From IMG/VR virus record IMGVR_UViG_3300050020_000030, positions 24,640 to 88,639 of that record: a stretch of 64,000 bases of DNA. One strand, 5' to 3'. The position numbers and the translations under genes are program-made. The notes beneath the pieces were generated by a model. That model was not told the DNA's origin. It was given only the letters and a program-made list of their open reading frames with translations, and ran no database searches. The stretch's first letter is position 1. The number at the start of each line of letters is the position of its first letter. Of this stretch, positions 44,635 to 54,767 are shown one piece after another. The stretch comes from a virus.

Positions 44635-45163
44635 TCTTTTCCTCCTTGGCTACCTTTTGCGCGTATGCGAGATTAAATTCTGCTCGGGCGATCTCTACCC
44701 TCGCTTTCTTAATTATACCACGGTAATAGGTAACGTGCCAAGCCCACGACTTATAGTTTCTTTCTTTGTTCTTGACTCGATCTCGGGCTTCCCGAGAAAT
44801 CTGCTCGGCCAGAGCAACTGCTCTAATTTCCGCTTCTGCTTGCGAAGCGAAAGTATTCTCTTCCTTCAGACACCAAGAAGAGTACTCGGAGTCCCCCTCT
44901 GCGATCTTGTATTCTACTCCTTCCGTACTAACCTCGATGCCCTTGATTTTCCCAGACAGGACTTTAGGCTCCTGCTCGAAGTAGATATTAACTCCTCGTG
45001 GCCCATTGTACCCGTTTGTACATCCCTCGCACGGAACAGTGACCTCTTCTCCGTCACCAAGAATGACGGTAAGAAACCTCTTGCCGAAGCAGTCGTTACA
45101 GGTTACATACTTCTCAACTGATCTTGTCTGGGCCATCCAGACCGTATCTCCAATATTAAACAT
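44618..45163 (-). CDS. Hypothetical protein with DnaJ-like zinc finger
   Basis: CNDCFG...CEGC; MFNIGDTVW start. Confidence 0.7.
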   Translation of the reverse strand: MFNIGDTVWMAQTRSVEKYVTCNDCFGKRFLTVILGDGEEVTVPCEGCTNGYNGPRGVNIYFEQEPKVLSGKIKGIEVSTEGVEYKIAEGDSEYSSWCLKEENTFASQAEAEIRAVALAEQISREARDRVKNKERNYKSWAWHVTYYRGIIKKARVEIARAEFNLAYAQKVAKEEKNVTVV

Positions 45164-45830
45164 TGTTCCCCCATGTTCCTGTAAATTCTTGTGCAAGACG
45201 AAGTACTGCTTCCTTGAGTTGTAACCATTCTGGGTATGTGTGTGGAATAGCTGGATCAACTGCCTTAGCGATTTCTAGAGCCTTGAGCCATGTTTTCTTC
45301 TCATCCTCTAAAAGAAACGCCCCTCCAAATGAAAACCAATGTCCTACCTCTTCTGGAAGAACTTGATGTAGCCGAAGGGCGGTCGCCCCCCGAAGTTCCT
45401 CGGTCTTGGTCTTGGGGTCCATCGCCATAGCGAGAAGGTCTTCCGGTAAGGATAGTACCCCGGACTGCTCTGCGTATTTACTGAGCACGCTTGCTTTAGT
45501 GATCCCTATGTTGCAAAGCGATTCCTCCGATAAAAGTGGCGTGAGATTTTGAGCGATACTGATCCCCAAATACAATTGCGAGTGCCCGATATCATACTTC
45601 TTTGCCACAAACTTTACGTAGTCTCCGAAGCTGCGGTAATTCCCAAGTAGCCAGTATTTCTTGGCCCGGACACAGTGCAGCAAACTACCCAATCGGGCGT
45701 AATTTGAGGCCAACGTCCGGGTAGCCGCGAGGATAACCCCGGTAGCTGAATCAATATCTTCTTCGAGCTTCTTGGCCTCAAGTTTTTCTTCAGTCGAAAA
45801 ACTCTCAATTACGAGACTTTGGGAGTCCAA
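45156..45830 (-). CDS. Hypothetical DNA-binding-like protein
   Basis: YW..GNYRSFGDYV motif common in phage proteins. Confidence 0.6.
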   Translation of the reverse strand: MDSQSLVIESFSTEEKLEAKKLEEDIDSATGVILAATRTLASNYARLGSLLHCVRAKKYWLLGNYRSFGDYVKFVAKKYDIGHSQLYLGISIAQNLTPLLSEESLCNIGITKASVLSKYAEQSGVLSLPEDLLAMAMDPKTKTEELRGATALRLHQVLPEEVGHWFSFGGAFLLEDEKKTWLKALEIAKAVDPAIPHTYPEWLQLKEAVLRLAQEFTGTWGNNV

Positions 45831-46045
45831 ACCTTCTCCTCTTCATCCACTTTACCGAGCATCTTCAGGGTGTGGATAAGCCCCTGATAGAAACTGTACC
45901 CGCCGCAGAGAGTGGACAGCAAGAGGAGAACAAGACACGACCCCTCCCCCCAAGCTGCGAGAAACAAACTCAGGGTTGCACAAGCAAACCCGAGGGTAGC
46001 CGCCGAAAAATACGCTACTGCCGCCCAGTTAGTTTTTTGGATCAC
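45809..46045 (-). CDS. Two-TM membrane protein
   Basis: Hydrophobicity; GGAGGT SD. Confidence 0.65.
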   Translation of the reverse strand: MIQKTNWAAVAYFSAATLGFACATLSLFLAAWGEGSCLVLLLLSTLCGGYSFYQGLIHTLKMLGKVDEEEKVWTPKVS

Positions 46046-46196
46046 GAATCGTTACCTCCCTGAAAGTCTCGGCTGGATAGCCTTTATAGGCGTTTTTGAG
46101 ACTAGCCCAATACGTATCCTGCCACAAAAAAGTATCTTCGTCTATATCTATCCGCCTCTGGACAGTAAACACACCCTTTGTCTCGGTTTTCTTCAT
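46029..46196 (-). CDS. Small protein (55 aa)
   Basis: First ORF after the promoter, GAGG SD. Confidence 0.55.
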   Translation of the reverse strand: MKKTETKGVFTVQRRIDIDEDTFLWQDTYWASLKNAYKGYPAETFREVTIRDPKN

Positions 46197-46212
46197 AATC
46201 CCTCACTCTTCT

Positions 46213-46241
46213 AGACTACCACAGACAGGTGTCCGTGTCAA
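46213..46241 (-). promoter_or_regulatory. Early promoter (TTGACACGG class)
   Basis: TTGACA-17-TAGTCT with TG. Confidence 0.7.
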
Positions 46242-46253
46242 GGTTAAAAAGAT

Positions 46254-48143
46254 TTAAAATTCAAAATCACTTTGGGTCATCGGGGGTTCGATGTTTATGA
46301 TCTCCGTAAAGGTGGCAATAGCCCCAATGAAGAATAGTTTAGTAAACGCTGCGCCCTTACCCCGACTCCGACCTTTCATACACCGTATCTGCACCTCTGG
46401 AGATAAGTTGTCCTTGGTATTCTCATCCATGTTCTTGACTACTTCCCTGTGAAGGTATAGAACCACGTCAGCATCAGAAACGAGAGACTCGCTACCCTTC
46501 GCGTCGTAAATATCGATCTGCTTTCCCTGCGTCTTTTGCCCTGGTTTTCTCGGCTGACCGACCACAAAGAACTTCAGTCGGTAAATCTGGGCCATACGCT
46601 TGATTCGCTGCATAGCCTGACTCTGGGCCTTCGTCTCATCCTTCTCGTTCCTGCAAATGAAATGTATATGATCTAGGACCACACTGGTGGCCCCCACGCG
46701 TCGTACCCCAGCCTCTATCAAGTCCAGAACCTCTGTCATCGTGTTCAGGTTAGGGTTGTTGCCAATAAAGTAGGATACCCCTTTGAGTTTCTTTGCCGCC
46801 TCTAGCCGGTCTTCTTTCTTAATATCTCCACGCTCTTTAGCCATCAGGTTCGCGGTAACAATCTCTCCGATCTCGCTGTCGGACATTTCCGTTTGGTAGT
46901 TGAGAACTACCTCATCATTCTTTCTCGCTGCTGCGATAGTAGACTGTAACAAAAATTGGGTTTTTCCACTCGACGTTTGGGTGGCAGACACATACACAAT
47001 ACTCCCCGGCAGAATGTTTGCCATACTGTCCACGGAGTTCCAGCAGAACCTGAACCTATTAGGGTTGTCCTCTGCTGTACCCGACTCATCACTACGCAGG
47101 ATATCTTGCAGGCTCTTCACGCCCGGTAAAGGGTTAGCATACGCCTGAACGACTAAGTTATCCACCAGATTCCGGAAAACGGAGATATCCCTATTAGCTA
47201 CTTCGAGGTAGGTCTGGTTTGCGTCCTTCTGTCCTTTAGGCCACACGAGCCTGTAGGTACGCTCCTTGAACTCCGCCCACAGTTTGTTCATCCTGTCCGT
47301 ACCCACGGAGCCATCGTTGTCCCCCGCGAGGATAACAACAGCCGCCCCCATTATGCGGTCCCTCATTTCAGGCGTAAGATTCATGCTAGCGTTAGGCAAA
47401 GATACTGCTCGGTATCCGGCCTGAATCATCACGGCTTGATCGAATTTTCCCTCGGTGATATAGATCACTTCGTCCGGGGAAATCCAGTCTACTCCGAAGA
47501 GTACCTTGGTTTCCATGCCAGTCTTGCGAGAGAATTTCTTCTCCGCCATACTACGAAGTTCGATACAAACAACTTCATCTCCTTCGACGGCGGGTGTGAT
47601 AATCCATCCAGAATCGGCAACTCCTCGCAAGTCCTCCGAAAACTTTTTGTTAATGGATTCCAAATTCTGGCAAAAGCCAAAGTGTAGTTTCCGAGCAGTA
47701 TCGTAAAGAATTCCGCGCTCTCGGAAGAGCCACTCCTTAGCCACTTCCGATTCATACAGTGCAATCTCAAATTTGGCATATTCGTGTAGTGAGTACCTCT
47801 TGGCTGGCTTGATTTCGGCTAGGTCTATCTTCTGGAAAGTTCTGTCCGCCAGATTCTTGGTCTCTTCCCAGTCTCCCCCGGTAATCCCTTCTACGATTTT
47901 TACTGCCTCACCGAAAGAAATTTTGTCAAATTTTTGGAGGAAGGCGAGCACATCCCCGCCCCACCCACAGCCGAAGCAGTGAGCTACCCAGTCTCCTTTT
48001 TCGTCCCTATTGAGATTAAATGACGGATTCTTATCTGGGTGAAATGGACAGACGGCCCAATAACTACTATCTCTTTTCTCCAGTTTCACCCTCTGCGCGA
48101 AAACTTGGAGCAGTGCCGGGTGATTCTTTACTGTCTCAGACAT
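46254..48143 (-). CDS. Primase-helicase fusion (CHC2 Zn finger, TOPRIM, DnaB-like SF4 helicase)
   Basis: CPFHPDKNPS..CFGC; ITEGKFD, GDND; SGKT, LDH, KGR. Confidence 0.9.
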   Translation of the reverse strand: MSETVKNHPALLQVFAQRVKLEKRDSSYWAVCPFHPDKNPSFNLNRDEKGDWVAHCFGCGWGGDVLAFLQKFDKISFGEAVKIVEGITGGDWEETKNLADRTFQKIDLAEIKPAKRYSLHEYAKFEIALYESEVAKEWLFRERGILYDTARKLHFGFCQNLESINKKFSEDLRGVADSGWIITPAVEGDEVVCIELRSMAEKKFSRKTGMETKVLFGVDWISPDEVIYITEGKFDQAVMIQAGYRAVSLPNASMNLTPEMRDRIMGAAVVILAGDNDGSVGTDRMNKLWAEFKERTYRLVWPKGQKDANQTYLEVANRDISVFRNLVDNLVVQAYANPLPGVKSLQDILRSDESGTAEDNPNRFRFCWNSVDSMANILPGSIVYVSATQTSSGKTQFLLQSTIAAARKNDEVVLNYQTEMSDSEIGEIVTANLMAKERGDIKKEDRLEAAKKLKGVSYFIGNNPNLNTMTEVLDLIEAGVRRVGATSVVLDHIHFICRNEKDETKAQSQAMQRIKRMAQIYRLKFFVVGQPRKPGQKTQGKQIDIYDAKGSESLVSDADVVLYLHREVVKNMDENTKDNLSPEVQIRCMKGRSRGKGAAFTKLFFIGAIATFTEIINIEPPMTQSDFEF

Positions 48144-48433
48144 TAGCTCCCCGATTGATGTTCTAGATAGTCGTTTCTGTTTTTATACTCTTGATGGAAG
48201 TCGTATAGCTTACCAAGGGCCTCGTTAGTAATAAAGGTGCAGCCTACTTTCATTCCGTCTGGATAGCTGATTATCGGAATAGTCTTTACAACCCCGTCCT
48301 GTATGTGAACTATCCTGTGTAAAGGCCCTTCCACCCCGAGCTTAACCCTCTCTCCATAATAGGTCAGAGGGACCGTATAAACTTTCTGGTTAACTAGGTA
48401 CTCCTCGTAAGTTATTCCGCGACCTACACTCAT
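48143..48433 (-). CDS. Hypothetical protein
   Basis: GGAGG SD. Confidence 0.6.
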   Translation of the reverse strand: MSVGRGITYEEYLVNQKVYTVPLTYYGERVKLGVEGPLHRIVHIQDGVVKTIPIISYPDGMKVGCTFITNEALGKLYDFHQEYKNRNDYLEHQSGS

Positions 48434-49227
48434 AGTTCCTCCTCCGCGTCTTCCGGCTCCTCGGTGATCTGTTGCTTTGCTGCTTCCATCTGGGCGATAG
48501 CAATACTCTCTTGCATACGCTGTTCATACTGCTGGCGTTTTAGAGTATCGATCAGGATATCCGCTCGCTCAAGAAAATTCTTGGCTGCGAAAGGAATACT
48601 CTTGTCGTCCACACTAGAGTAGAAAGTCAGGAACGCTTCCGTGACCAGATTCTTCCCGTGGTCCTTGAGAAGTCGAGCAAGTCGAATCCTGTAATCTCCT
48701 GTAAAGAATACCCGGCTGTCTGTCTTGTACGCAATATCCCGCTCTACCGAGTCGAGGGCGGGGTTTGATACGGCAGGTTTCCTGTGAGAGATTCCGATCA
48801 GGCTACCTACGTTCCGGAGAAAAGCAGAGATAGGCTTCTTCCCCAGAAAATTACTCTGGCTGGAACTCCACTCGTAGAAGGCCGACAAAACTTCGTCGTG
48901 CCCGTATTGCTTTACCGCCGTGCTAAGGTCTTTCTTCCACCACCTCTTCTCCTCAAAAAACCCGAGGTTCTCCGTAGAAATCTTCTCGACATTCCCCTCG
49001 ATAGGCATGTGGTTACTAAGGTACTTATCTACCCCCTCAGTAAGAGAGAAGTTCTCAGAAGTCTCTTCTTTGGCGGGCGGGAAAGGGCTGGTCTGAATGG
49101 GGGACTTCGTGTAGGGGGCCACGAACATCTTTTCCACCTTCCGGAAAGCCCCGCCCGCTACCAAGGCTTCCAAAAGAGGCGAGACCCAAACTCCCTCAAG
49201 AATCTGCTGATATGTATCACCGATCAT
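48430..49227 (-). CDS. Hypothetical protein, possible replication initiator or loader
   Basis: Two helical repeats (K.YG/HG..V..AF); adjacent to primase. Confidence 0.45.
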   Translation of the reverse strand: MIGDTYQQILEGVWVSPLLEALVAGGAFRKVEKMFVAPYTKSPIQTSPFPPAKEETSENFSLTEGVDKYLSNHMPIEGNVEKISTENLGFFEEKRWWKKDLSTAVKQYGHDEVLSAFYEWSSSQSNFLGKKPISAFLRNVGSLIGISHRKPAVSNPALDSVERDIAYKTDSRVFFTGDYRIRLARLLKDHGKNLVTEAFLTFYSSVDDKSIPFAAKNFLERADILIDTLKRQQYEQRMQESIAIAQMEAAKQQITEEPEDAEEEL

Positions 49228-49415
49228 CCGATCTCCACTTCTTCGCTAAGTTCCTCGATACTCCCGATATCTCCCCCACGACGGAGATAGTCATTGCCGC
49301 CATCAACAAACATTGCCCCGCAAGTACAGGAAACGAAGTCATGGCGATGTGTACTAATTACCACATCCCCGCACTTAAGGCACCTAGCCGCATTTTTAAT
49401 AATCTTAGTCGTCAT
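49224..49415 (-). CDS. Small zinc-binding phage protein
   Basis: CLKCGD...HRHDFVSCTCG..VDGG.DYLRR. Confidence 0.75.
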   Translation of the reverse strand: MTTKIIKNAARCLKCGDVVISTHRHDFVSCTCGAMFVDGGNDYLRRGGDIGSIEELSEEVEIG

Positions 49416-49509
49416 CTTCCTCCTCGTCATTGATAGAGTGGACTTTTACCATTCCCCAAAATATCAGGAGGAACAAAAGGAACGCCCCTAGAATAAATAG
49501 AAATTGCAT
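49405..49509 (-). CDS. Single-TM microprotein with acidic tail (34 aa)
   Basis: TAATG coupling; MQFLFILGAFLLFLLIFWG. Confidence 0.55.
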   Translation of the reverse strand: MQFLFILGAFLLFLLIFWGMVKVHSINDEEEDDD

Positions 49510-49733
49510 TAGAACTCCTTCTTCTTAAAAACAACAATAGCAGTCCCGGAGGGCCGTTCGACCCAGTAAACCACCGTAGCACAAAACAGAGAAATTGCGG
49601 GGAATCCGGATAAAAAGATAAAGCACACCAAATCTCCTCTAGTTACATCAAATGAGAATCTCCACGCCTGTATAAATAAGTAAAGAGATAAGCTCCATGA
49701 AACCACCCATCCGAGAATAAACCAAATAATCAT
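49509..49733 (-). CDS. Two-TM membrane protein (paralog A)
   Basis: Ends VVFKKKEF. Confidence 0.65.
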   Translation of the reverse strand: MIIWFILGWVVSWSLSLYLFIQAWRFSFDVTRGDLVCFIFLSGFPAISLFCATVVYWVERPSGTAIVVFKKKEF

Positions 49734-49969
49734 TAGAACACCTTCTTCTTAAAAACGATTCTAGAATCCCAGGGAGTTCCTCCTATATAGAATACTAAAG
49801 AAACCAAGAGGTTAGCTCCGGGGATCAAGGACGCAGACACGCAAACAGCCACGTCGCTCCTATATACATCCCCCATGTATCTAAGAGAAGTGATAGTTAC
49901 GTACATAGATACTACGACGGACACTATATATATGCTAAAATCCACCAAATCATCAGAACACCCCGTCAA
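49733..49969 (-). CDS. Two-TM membrane protein (paralog B)
   Basis: Ends IVFKKKVF. Confidence 0.6.
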   Translation of the reverse strand: MTGCSDDLVDFSIYIVSVVVSMYVTITSLRYMGDVYRSDVAVCVSASLIPGANLLVSLVFYIGGTPWDSRIVFKKKVF

Positions 49970-51092
49970 TTCGGATCAAACGCTCGCGTACAAGTTCATC
50001 GTCCCCAATGCACAGACCTAAGCATGAGCAGGCCCCGCAAATATTTTTCGGGAAGCGTACTCCCGGATTCTGCGGGAAGTTCCCCGCCAGATTACAGGCC
50101 GAAATTTCAATAGCTTCCCTCTTCAAAAGCTGCTCTGCGTCGCTTCTGGCCTGATCCGAAATAATCGCGGGCAAGAACTGAATCCTAGTCTTGGTTACTG
50201 AAGATATAGGAAGACGGACCCCCTTGAAGATGTACTCAGCAAGGAGAGCCTCCTTCGCGGCTACAGCACCCTTACCGACGATAAGAGCTTTCCTAGATTG
50301 GTATTCCTCATATTGGAGTCTACTCTTTAATACTACCACATAACCATCTTCCGTGTCAAGTACTGTATAGGGCTCCCCAAGACCGAGACCCTTAGTAGGC
50401 TGAAGGATGTTTACCCACTGCCCGGTGCCGATGGCCGAAATATTTTTGACGAGGACGATGAATCCGACTGTCGATATCCCTGTAGCCCACGAGTACTCAC
50501 GAAGCTGACGGTCCAGAGAAGCGAGCCGGGGGTCACTAAAGTAGGAATTTTGGGCCGTTTTTAAATCCCAAATTACCTTTCGGGTAGGACTTCCGTTTTC
50601 CAGAATCTTGGGCAGTAAAGGATGATCCCACGCGGGTTCGGCCACGATATCCAGATACGCCAGATGCTCTAGACCGTCATATTCCGTTCCGGGGAATAGC
50701 GGGGTGACTATCTTTTGCTGAAAGACTGCGCCCTCAAGAGGAAGTTTGGGCCGCTGAATTTCATAAAGGGCTAGAAGTTCCGACCCGCATTTATACAGGT
50801 CTTCCCAAGAGCCATCCTTCTCCCCATAGGTAACGTCGGCGTTGTCTTTTTCTCGTAACCAAAGTTGCTTGAATTCGAGAATTCCAGTACCCGGCTCGAA
50901 GTTCTGGTTATGGTGAAATTGAATTGCGCTCTCAACGGCTTTACCGAATCCAAGTGCCGCTCGTTCGTCACGCTCGACCCAACCGTTAAGCCTTTTGTGC
51001 TGGTATTTTCTGGGACAGCCCCAGTCAAGCCCTCCCGAATATGAGTGCGCAGTGACTTGACGGCCCTTGATGTTCTGATAGAGTATAGCCAT
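49953..51092 (-). CDS. PD-(D/E)XK exonuclease (RecB/Cas4-like)
   Basis: HSYS..CPRKY; LD..WDLKT; QLREY; C-terminal C..C...C. Confidence 0.8.
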   Translation of the reverse strand: MAILYQNIKGRQVTAHSYSGGLDWGCPRKYQHKRLNGWVERDERAALGFGKAVESAIQFHHNQNFEPGTGILEFKQLWLREKDNADVTYGEKDGSWEDLYKCGSELLALYEIQRPKLPLEGAVFQQKIVTPLFPGTEYDGLEHLAYLDIVAEPAWDHPLLPKILENGSPTRKVIWDLKTAQNSYFSDPRLASLDRQLREYSWATGISTVGFIVLVKNISAIGTGQWVNILQPTKGLGLGEPYTVLDTEDGYVVVLKSRLQYEEYQSRKALIVGKGAVAAKEALLAEYIFKGVRLPISSVTKTRIQFLPAIISDQARSDAEQLLKREAIEISACNLAGNFPQNPGVRFPKNICGACSCLGLCIGDDELVRERLIRIDGVF

Positions 51093-51292
51093 TACTTACC
51101 CCTCCGGACTTCTTCTCTCGTCATCCACACTAAAGTGTTAATATGGTCCAACTGCGAAAGAACAAGGTGGTAGTAAGATTCGGACACCACACCTATAGGG
51201 AAATCCGACCATCGTTTTCCTATGGATCGGATACCTTGCTCAATCTCGTAGGTTAGCTCCTCCGCTAAAGCTTTCTTTTCCGGATCGGTCAT
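51092..51292 (-). CDS. Hypothetical protein
   Basis: ATGA coupling. Confidence 0.55.
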   Translation of the reverse strand: MTDPEKKALAEELTYEIEQGIRSIGKRWSDFPIGVVSESYYHLVLSQLDHINTLVWMTREEVRRGK

Positions 51293-51690
51293 TTCATACC
51301 TTTCTTAAGATCAGTAAGGGCAGCTTCCAGACGGGCGAGGGTACGAAACCCACGAATCATCCCAATAATTGTTCCCAGCCTGATAGGGTACCCGCTGCTC
51401 AAATATTCATCCCATGTTCCGTTCCACTCATCTAACTCTTTGATCTCTTCGCACAACTGCCTGATCTCCTCTTGGCGGTCCCGTGTAAATTCTGTGGCTG
51501 CGGATAGAGCCAGATCGAGAGTCGGCGCAGAGAAATATAAATCATCTTCCCAAGAGTATTTCAGCCGGATTTTTACAAACCAGTAGGTAGGCTGAGGCTT
51601 TGGTTTCCGTCCCTGCGCCCCGCTATACCCACTACCCGTCTGAAACTCCTCCGCATCCCACGCGGCCCTAACTACCTCTTCGTCTGTCAT
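51289..51690 (-). CDS. Hypothetical protein
   Basis: ATGA coupling. Confidence 0.6.
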   Translation of the reverse strand: MTDEEVVRAAWDAEEFQTGSGYSGAQGRKPKPQPTYWFVKIRLKYSWEDDLYFSAPTLDLALSAATEFTRDRQEEIRQLCEEIKELDEWNGTWDEYLSSGYPIRLGTIIGMIRGFRTLARLEAALTDLKKGMK

Positions 51691-51917
51691 ACATAACCCC
51701 CTAAATCAGTGATTTGTGCAATGCCCCGTAATGTCCAGATGTGGTCACAGTGTGTGCATATACCGACTACCTTGTAGGGACTCCCCTCATTCTGGCATCC
51801 TCCCATTAGCCTGCCGTCCTTCTCCTGGATAAACTCGATAGAGTGATTCTTCCACAGTTCCTGTAGGCATATGTCGGAACCTTTGGCTTGGCATTTAGGA
51901 CATATAACCATTTTCAA
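51687..51917 (-). CDS. Zinc-ribbon protein
   Basis: CPKC...CTHC. Confidence 0.6.
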   Translation of the reverse strand: MKMVICPKCQAKGSDICLQELWKNHSIEFIQEKDGRLMGGCQNEGSPYKVVGICTHCDHIWTLRGIAQITDLGGYV

Positions 51918-52113
51918 ACTCCTCTCCTTTTAGAGTATCGGGTTTCCAGTGGCGCATCTCATATTCTACATCGTTGCGGATACACCAGTAACAGTCACAA
52001 TCTACGATGATAGCCGCGCAGCGACCGGAGTTTAGCTGTTTCTCCTCACGCTCGGCAAAGCGTCTCGAAAACTCTGTATTGTAAGCCTCCGCAAGTTTTT
52101 CTTGGTCGGTCAC
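51895..52113 (-). CDS. Hypothetical protein
   Basis: GTGA coupling; CDCYWC. Confidence 0.55.
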   Translation of the reverse strand: MTDQEKLAEAYNTEFSRRFAEREEKQLNSGRCAAIIVDCDCYWCIRNDVEYEMRHWKPDTLKGEEFENGYMS

Positions 52114-54755
52114 ACACCCACCTCTGTTTCTATTGTATCACCTTCTCGCTGTTTCACGCTAGCTAAATAACGCGAGGGTGTCCCCCAATAAGAAATATTT
52201 AGAGTGCGTTCAGGGCGCGAAACGGCCACATAAAAGGTGTTGGCCTCCCCTTGCAGGTCCTCCGGGGATTGACTTTTACTGTGGGGCAGCACCCCCTCGT
52301 TGCAGCTTATTAGAAACACATTTACAGCTTGTCTGCCCTTAAAACTGTGTATGGTACTAAGGACTACACCTTTTCGACTCCTGTTAGCTCCCATGACCTT
52401 CCTAACGTAGCTCAGAAAGTCCAGGAGAGAGTCTTTCTTCTCACTTACCCTGAGCAGTTCCCTCAGGCTTGCCACGGGGTCTTTGTCCGGACAGATACCT
52501 GACTCCTCGCGGTAATGTTCTAGAGCCTTGAGGTCCCTAAGCAGGTTTGCTACTACCTCTTTAGCAGGTAGCCCCCGGTATCCATATATTTTCCGGACGA
52601 AATCTACAAACTTCTTTACTGCCTGATTTTGCCGGTCGTCTCTACTCCTGTAGTTACTAAGGAGTACCCAAGCTGTCTTACCTTGCTTTGTGATTTGTTC
52701 CCGGATTTCTTGTGCGACCAATTTTCGTTTGATGAACTGAGTAGGCCAGAACGGTGTTTGCAAAGCAGCCAGTAAAAAGTTGTCTACCGGGGCCTGTACG
52801 CACCGAATCCACGCCAGCATTTCTCGAACCTCGGGCTGATCCCAGAAGCCTTCGTCATTCAACAGATAGTGGGGGATTCCCCTTTCGATCAAAATTTCTT
52901 CCACGCTCCGGAGGGCCAAGTTTGTACGGGCCAGTACCGCGCAGTCGTTTGGGGGAAGAAGAGCGATCTTGCTGACTACTCCTTCGGCCTCCATAAAGTC
53001 TGTGCTGTAGCCGGTAATGACAGGCTCCGGGCCTTGCTCGGTACTTACCGCCTCGAAATGTTCTGATATCTCTGCGAATGGCGCGGCATTTTTGACATAA
53101 GACACAATCGATTTTGTGCTTCGGTAGTTTTTGCCAAGAAATAATTTCTGGGTTCCGGGAAAGTAGTCGTTCATGCTAAGGAAGTGTTCTGAAATCCCCC
53201 CTCGAAATCCATAAATGGAGTTTCCGACCACTATCCCGTCAGCGATATACGTATGATCTTTTTCAACATCTAAGGAGTACACCAAACCCTCGTAGTGCTC
53301 CCTCGTAATCTTGTCAATGACTTCGGATTCGCATCCCCCTACTGCGGGAAGTTTCATAAGTTCGGGAATAAGGTTACAGGCAGATATTTGAAAATAACGA
53401 GAATGCGGCCTCCCCCCTACCCTTCGAAACAAAGGAATATCAAAAAATAGATTATGTTCTTCTAAGCAATCAAATCCTCTTTTTAAAGGTACTTGGGCGA
53501 ATATCTCGTTTATAAGCTCTTGGGTAACTTTGCAGCTTTTGTTTGCGCAATAAACGCTCGTGGGAACCCCAAATTTAGCGGCGGTAACCAGTTCATATCT
53601 GTGCGCTTCTTCTCGGGTCTCCCATACCCTGAGAATCCATGCCATGTCTGCTCTTTCTTCGAAGCATCTGCTTGTAAATCCGGCCACCCCGTTTCTATTA
53701 TTTTTATATATAGCCGCTTTACACATTCCTATTCTAAAACCTAAACCCTCCCGGTACATGATGTAAGTTATGTGTTGAAATCTGCAATCTCTAGACAAAG
53801 TTGCCCAAAACTTATGATTAGGGGTTACTTTCGTTTGTTTTCCGCCCGAATGGATTGTAAGTAGGTCTCCCTCATAGTGTCGGGAAGATTTTTCTAAAAT
53901 CTTTTCTCCTACCATCTTGGAGTAAGCTTTCCTTCGGTACCAAGTGGATACTTTGTCTCCTACAGAAAGAGACTCTATGGGAACGGAAGTCAGATGACAT
54001 TTGTTTCCTCGGCGTCCTGATCTACTGCCAACCACTTGAACCATAGTTCCGGGGGGCTGGCATTGCCCTGTATCTCCTACAGCCATTAGACTTTTGTTTT
54101 TTCTGGTCAAGAGGCTCATTAAGTCCCACTCAATTTTACTCAGGTCTTGCGCCTCGTCCACAAGTATATGATTATACTGCCACTTAGCTCGAATATCGGG
54201 GCGCGACTCTAAAATATCAACCATGAACGAGATGAGGTCGTCAAAGTCGAGCACGCCTAAGTTTTTGAGCAGACGTTGGTACTCTTTGAAAGCGAGGGCC
54301 GAGGCCAAGTCCTTCCCTGTTCTTTCCGCTATCTGGACAGCTTCTACCGGGGAGATGCGCTTCCGTTTCTGTAAAGAAACATACGCCGTAAAAACTCTGA
54401 AATTGATATTGTTTTTTGTAGCCTGAAACGCAGCTTTCATAGCTACCCCGTCCCCCGCCAGCGGGTTGTCTGAGAGGGGGAAAGGAAAGCTGTCAGGGTG
54501 CTCGTTTGCAAATTGTAGCGCGAGCGAATGAACTGTGCGAAACTCCGCCGTGGAGGAAGGGAAGAGTTTCGCACACCTGTCCCGCATATTTCTGCCGGAC
54601 TCGGAGGTAAAAGTCAAGCATAGGGTCTTGCCCAGCAGGGACAATCTTGCAGCCCGATTTACAAGTACAGTCGTTTTACCGCTTCCAGCGCCTGCGTACA
54701 CCGCTAAATAAGCGGCGGGGGCATCAACGACTCGCTTCTGGTCTTCATCAAGCAT
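52110..54755 (-). CDS. UvrD/PcrA-like SF1 helicase with intein
   Basis: AGAGSGKT, VDEAQD, GD.GQ|SIYGFRG, NYRST, TIHSFKG, YVAVSR. Confidence 0.93.
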   Translation of the reverse strand: MLDEDQKRVVDAPAAYLAVYAGAGSGKTTVLVNRAARLSLLGKTLCLTFTSESGRNMRDRCAKLFPSSTAEFRTVHSLALQFANEHPDSFPFPLSDNPLAGDGVAMKAAFQATKNNINFRVFTAYVSLQKRKRISPVEAVQIAERTGKDLASALAFKEYQRLLKNLGVLDFDDLISFMVDILESRPDIRAKWQYNHILVDEAQDLSKIEWDLMSLLTRKNKSLMAVGDTGQCQPPGTMVQVVGSRSGRRGNKCHLTSVPIESLSVGDKVSTWYRRKAYSKMVGEKILEKSSRHYEGDLLTIHSGGKQTKVTPNHKFWATLSRDCRFQHITYIMYREGLGFRIGMCKAAIYKNNRNGVAGFTSRCFEERADMAWILRVWETREEAHRYELVTAAKFGVPTSVYCANKSCKVTQELINEIFAQVPLKRGFDCLEEHNLFFDIPLFRRVGGRPHSRYFQISACNLIPELMKLPAVGGCESEVIDKITREHYEGLVYSLDVEKDHTYIADGIVVGNSIYGFRGGISEHFLSMNDYFPGTQKLFLGKNYRSTKSIVSYVKNAAPFAEISEHFEAVSTEQGPEPVITGYSTDFMEAEGVVSKIALLPPNDCAVLARTNLALRSVEEILIERGIPHYLLNDEGFWDQPEVREMLAWIRCVQAPVDNFLLAALQTPFWPTQFIKRKLVAQEIREQITKQGKTAWVLLSNYRSRDDRQNQAVKKFVDFVRKIYGYRGLPAKEVVANLLRDLKALEHYREESGICPDKDPVASLRELLRVSEKKDSLLDFLSYVRKVMGANRSRKGVVLSTIHSFKGRQAVNVFLISCNEGVLPHSKSQSPEDLQGEANTFYVAVSRPERTLNISYWGTPSRYLASVKQREGDTIETEVGV
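53220..54062 (-). mobile_element. Intein in helicase motif III (281 aa)
   Basis: CQPPGT..VTPNHKF..VYSLDVEKDHTYIADGIVVGN|S. Confidence 0.9.
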
Positions 54756-54767
54756 CTATATCCTTCT

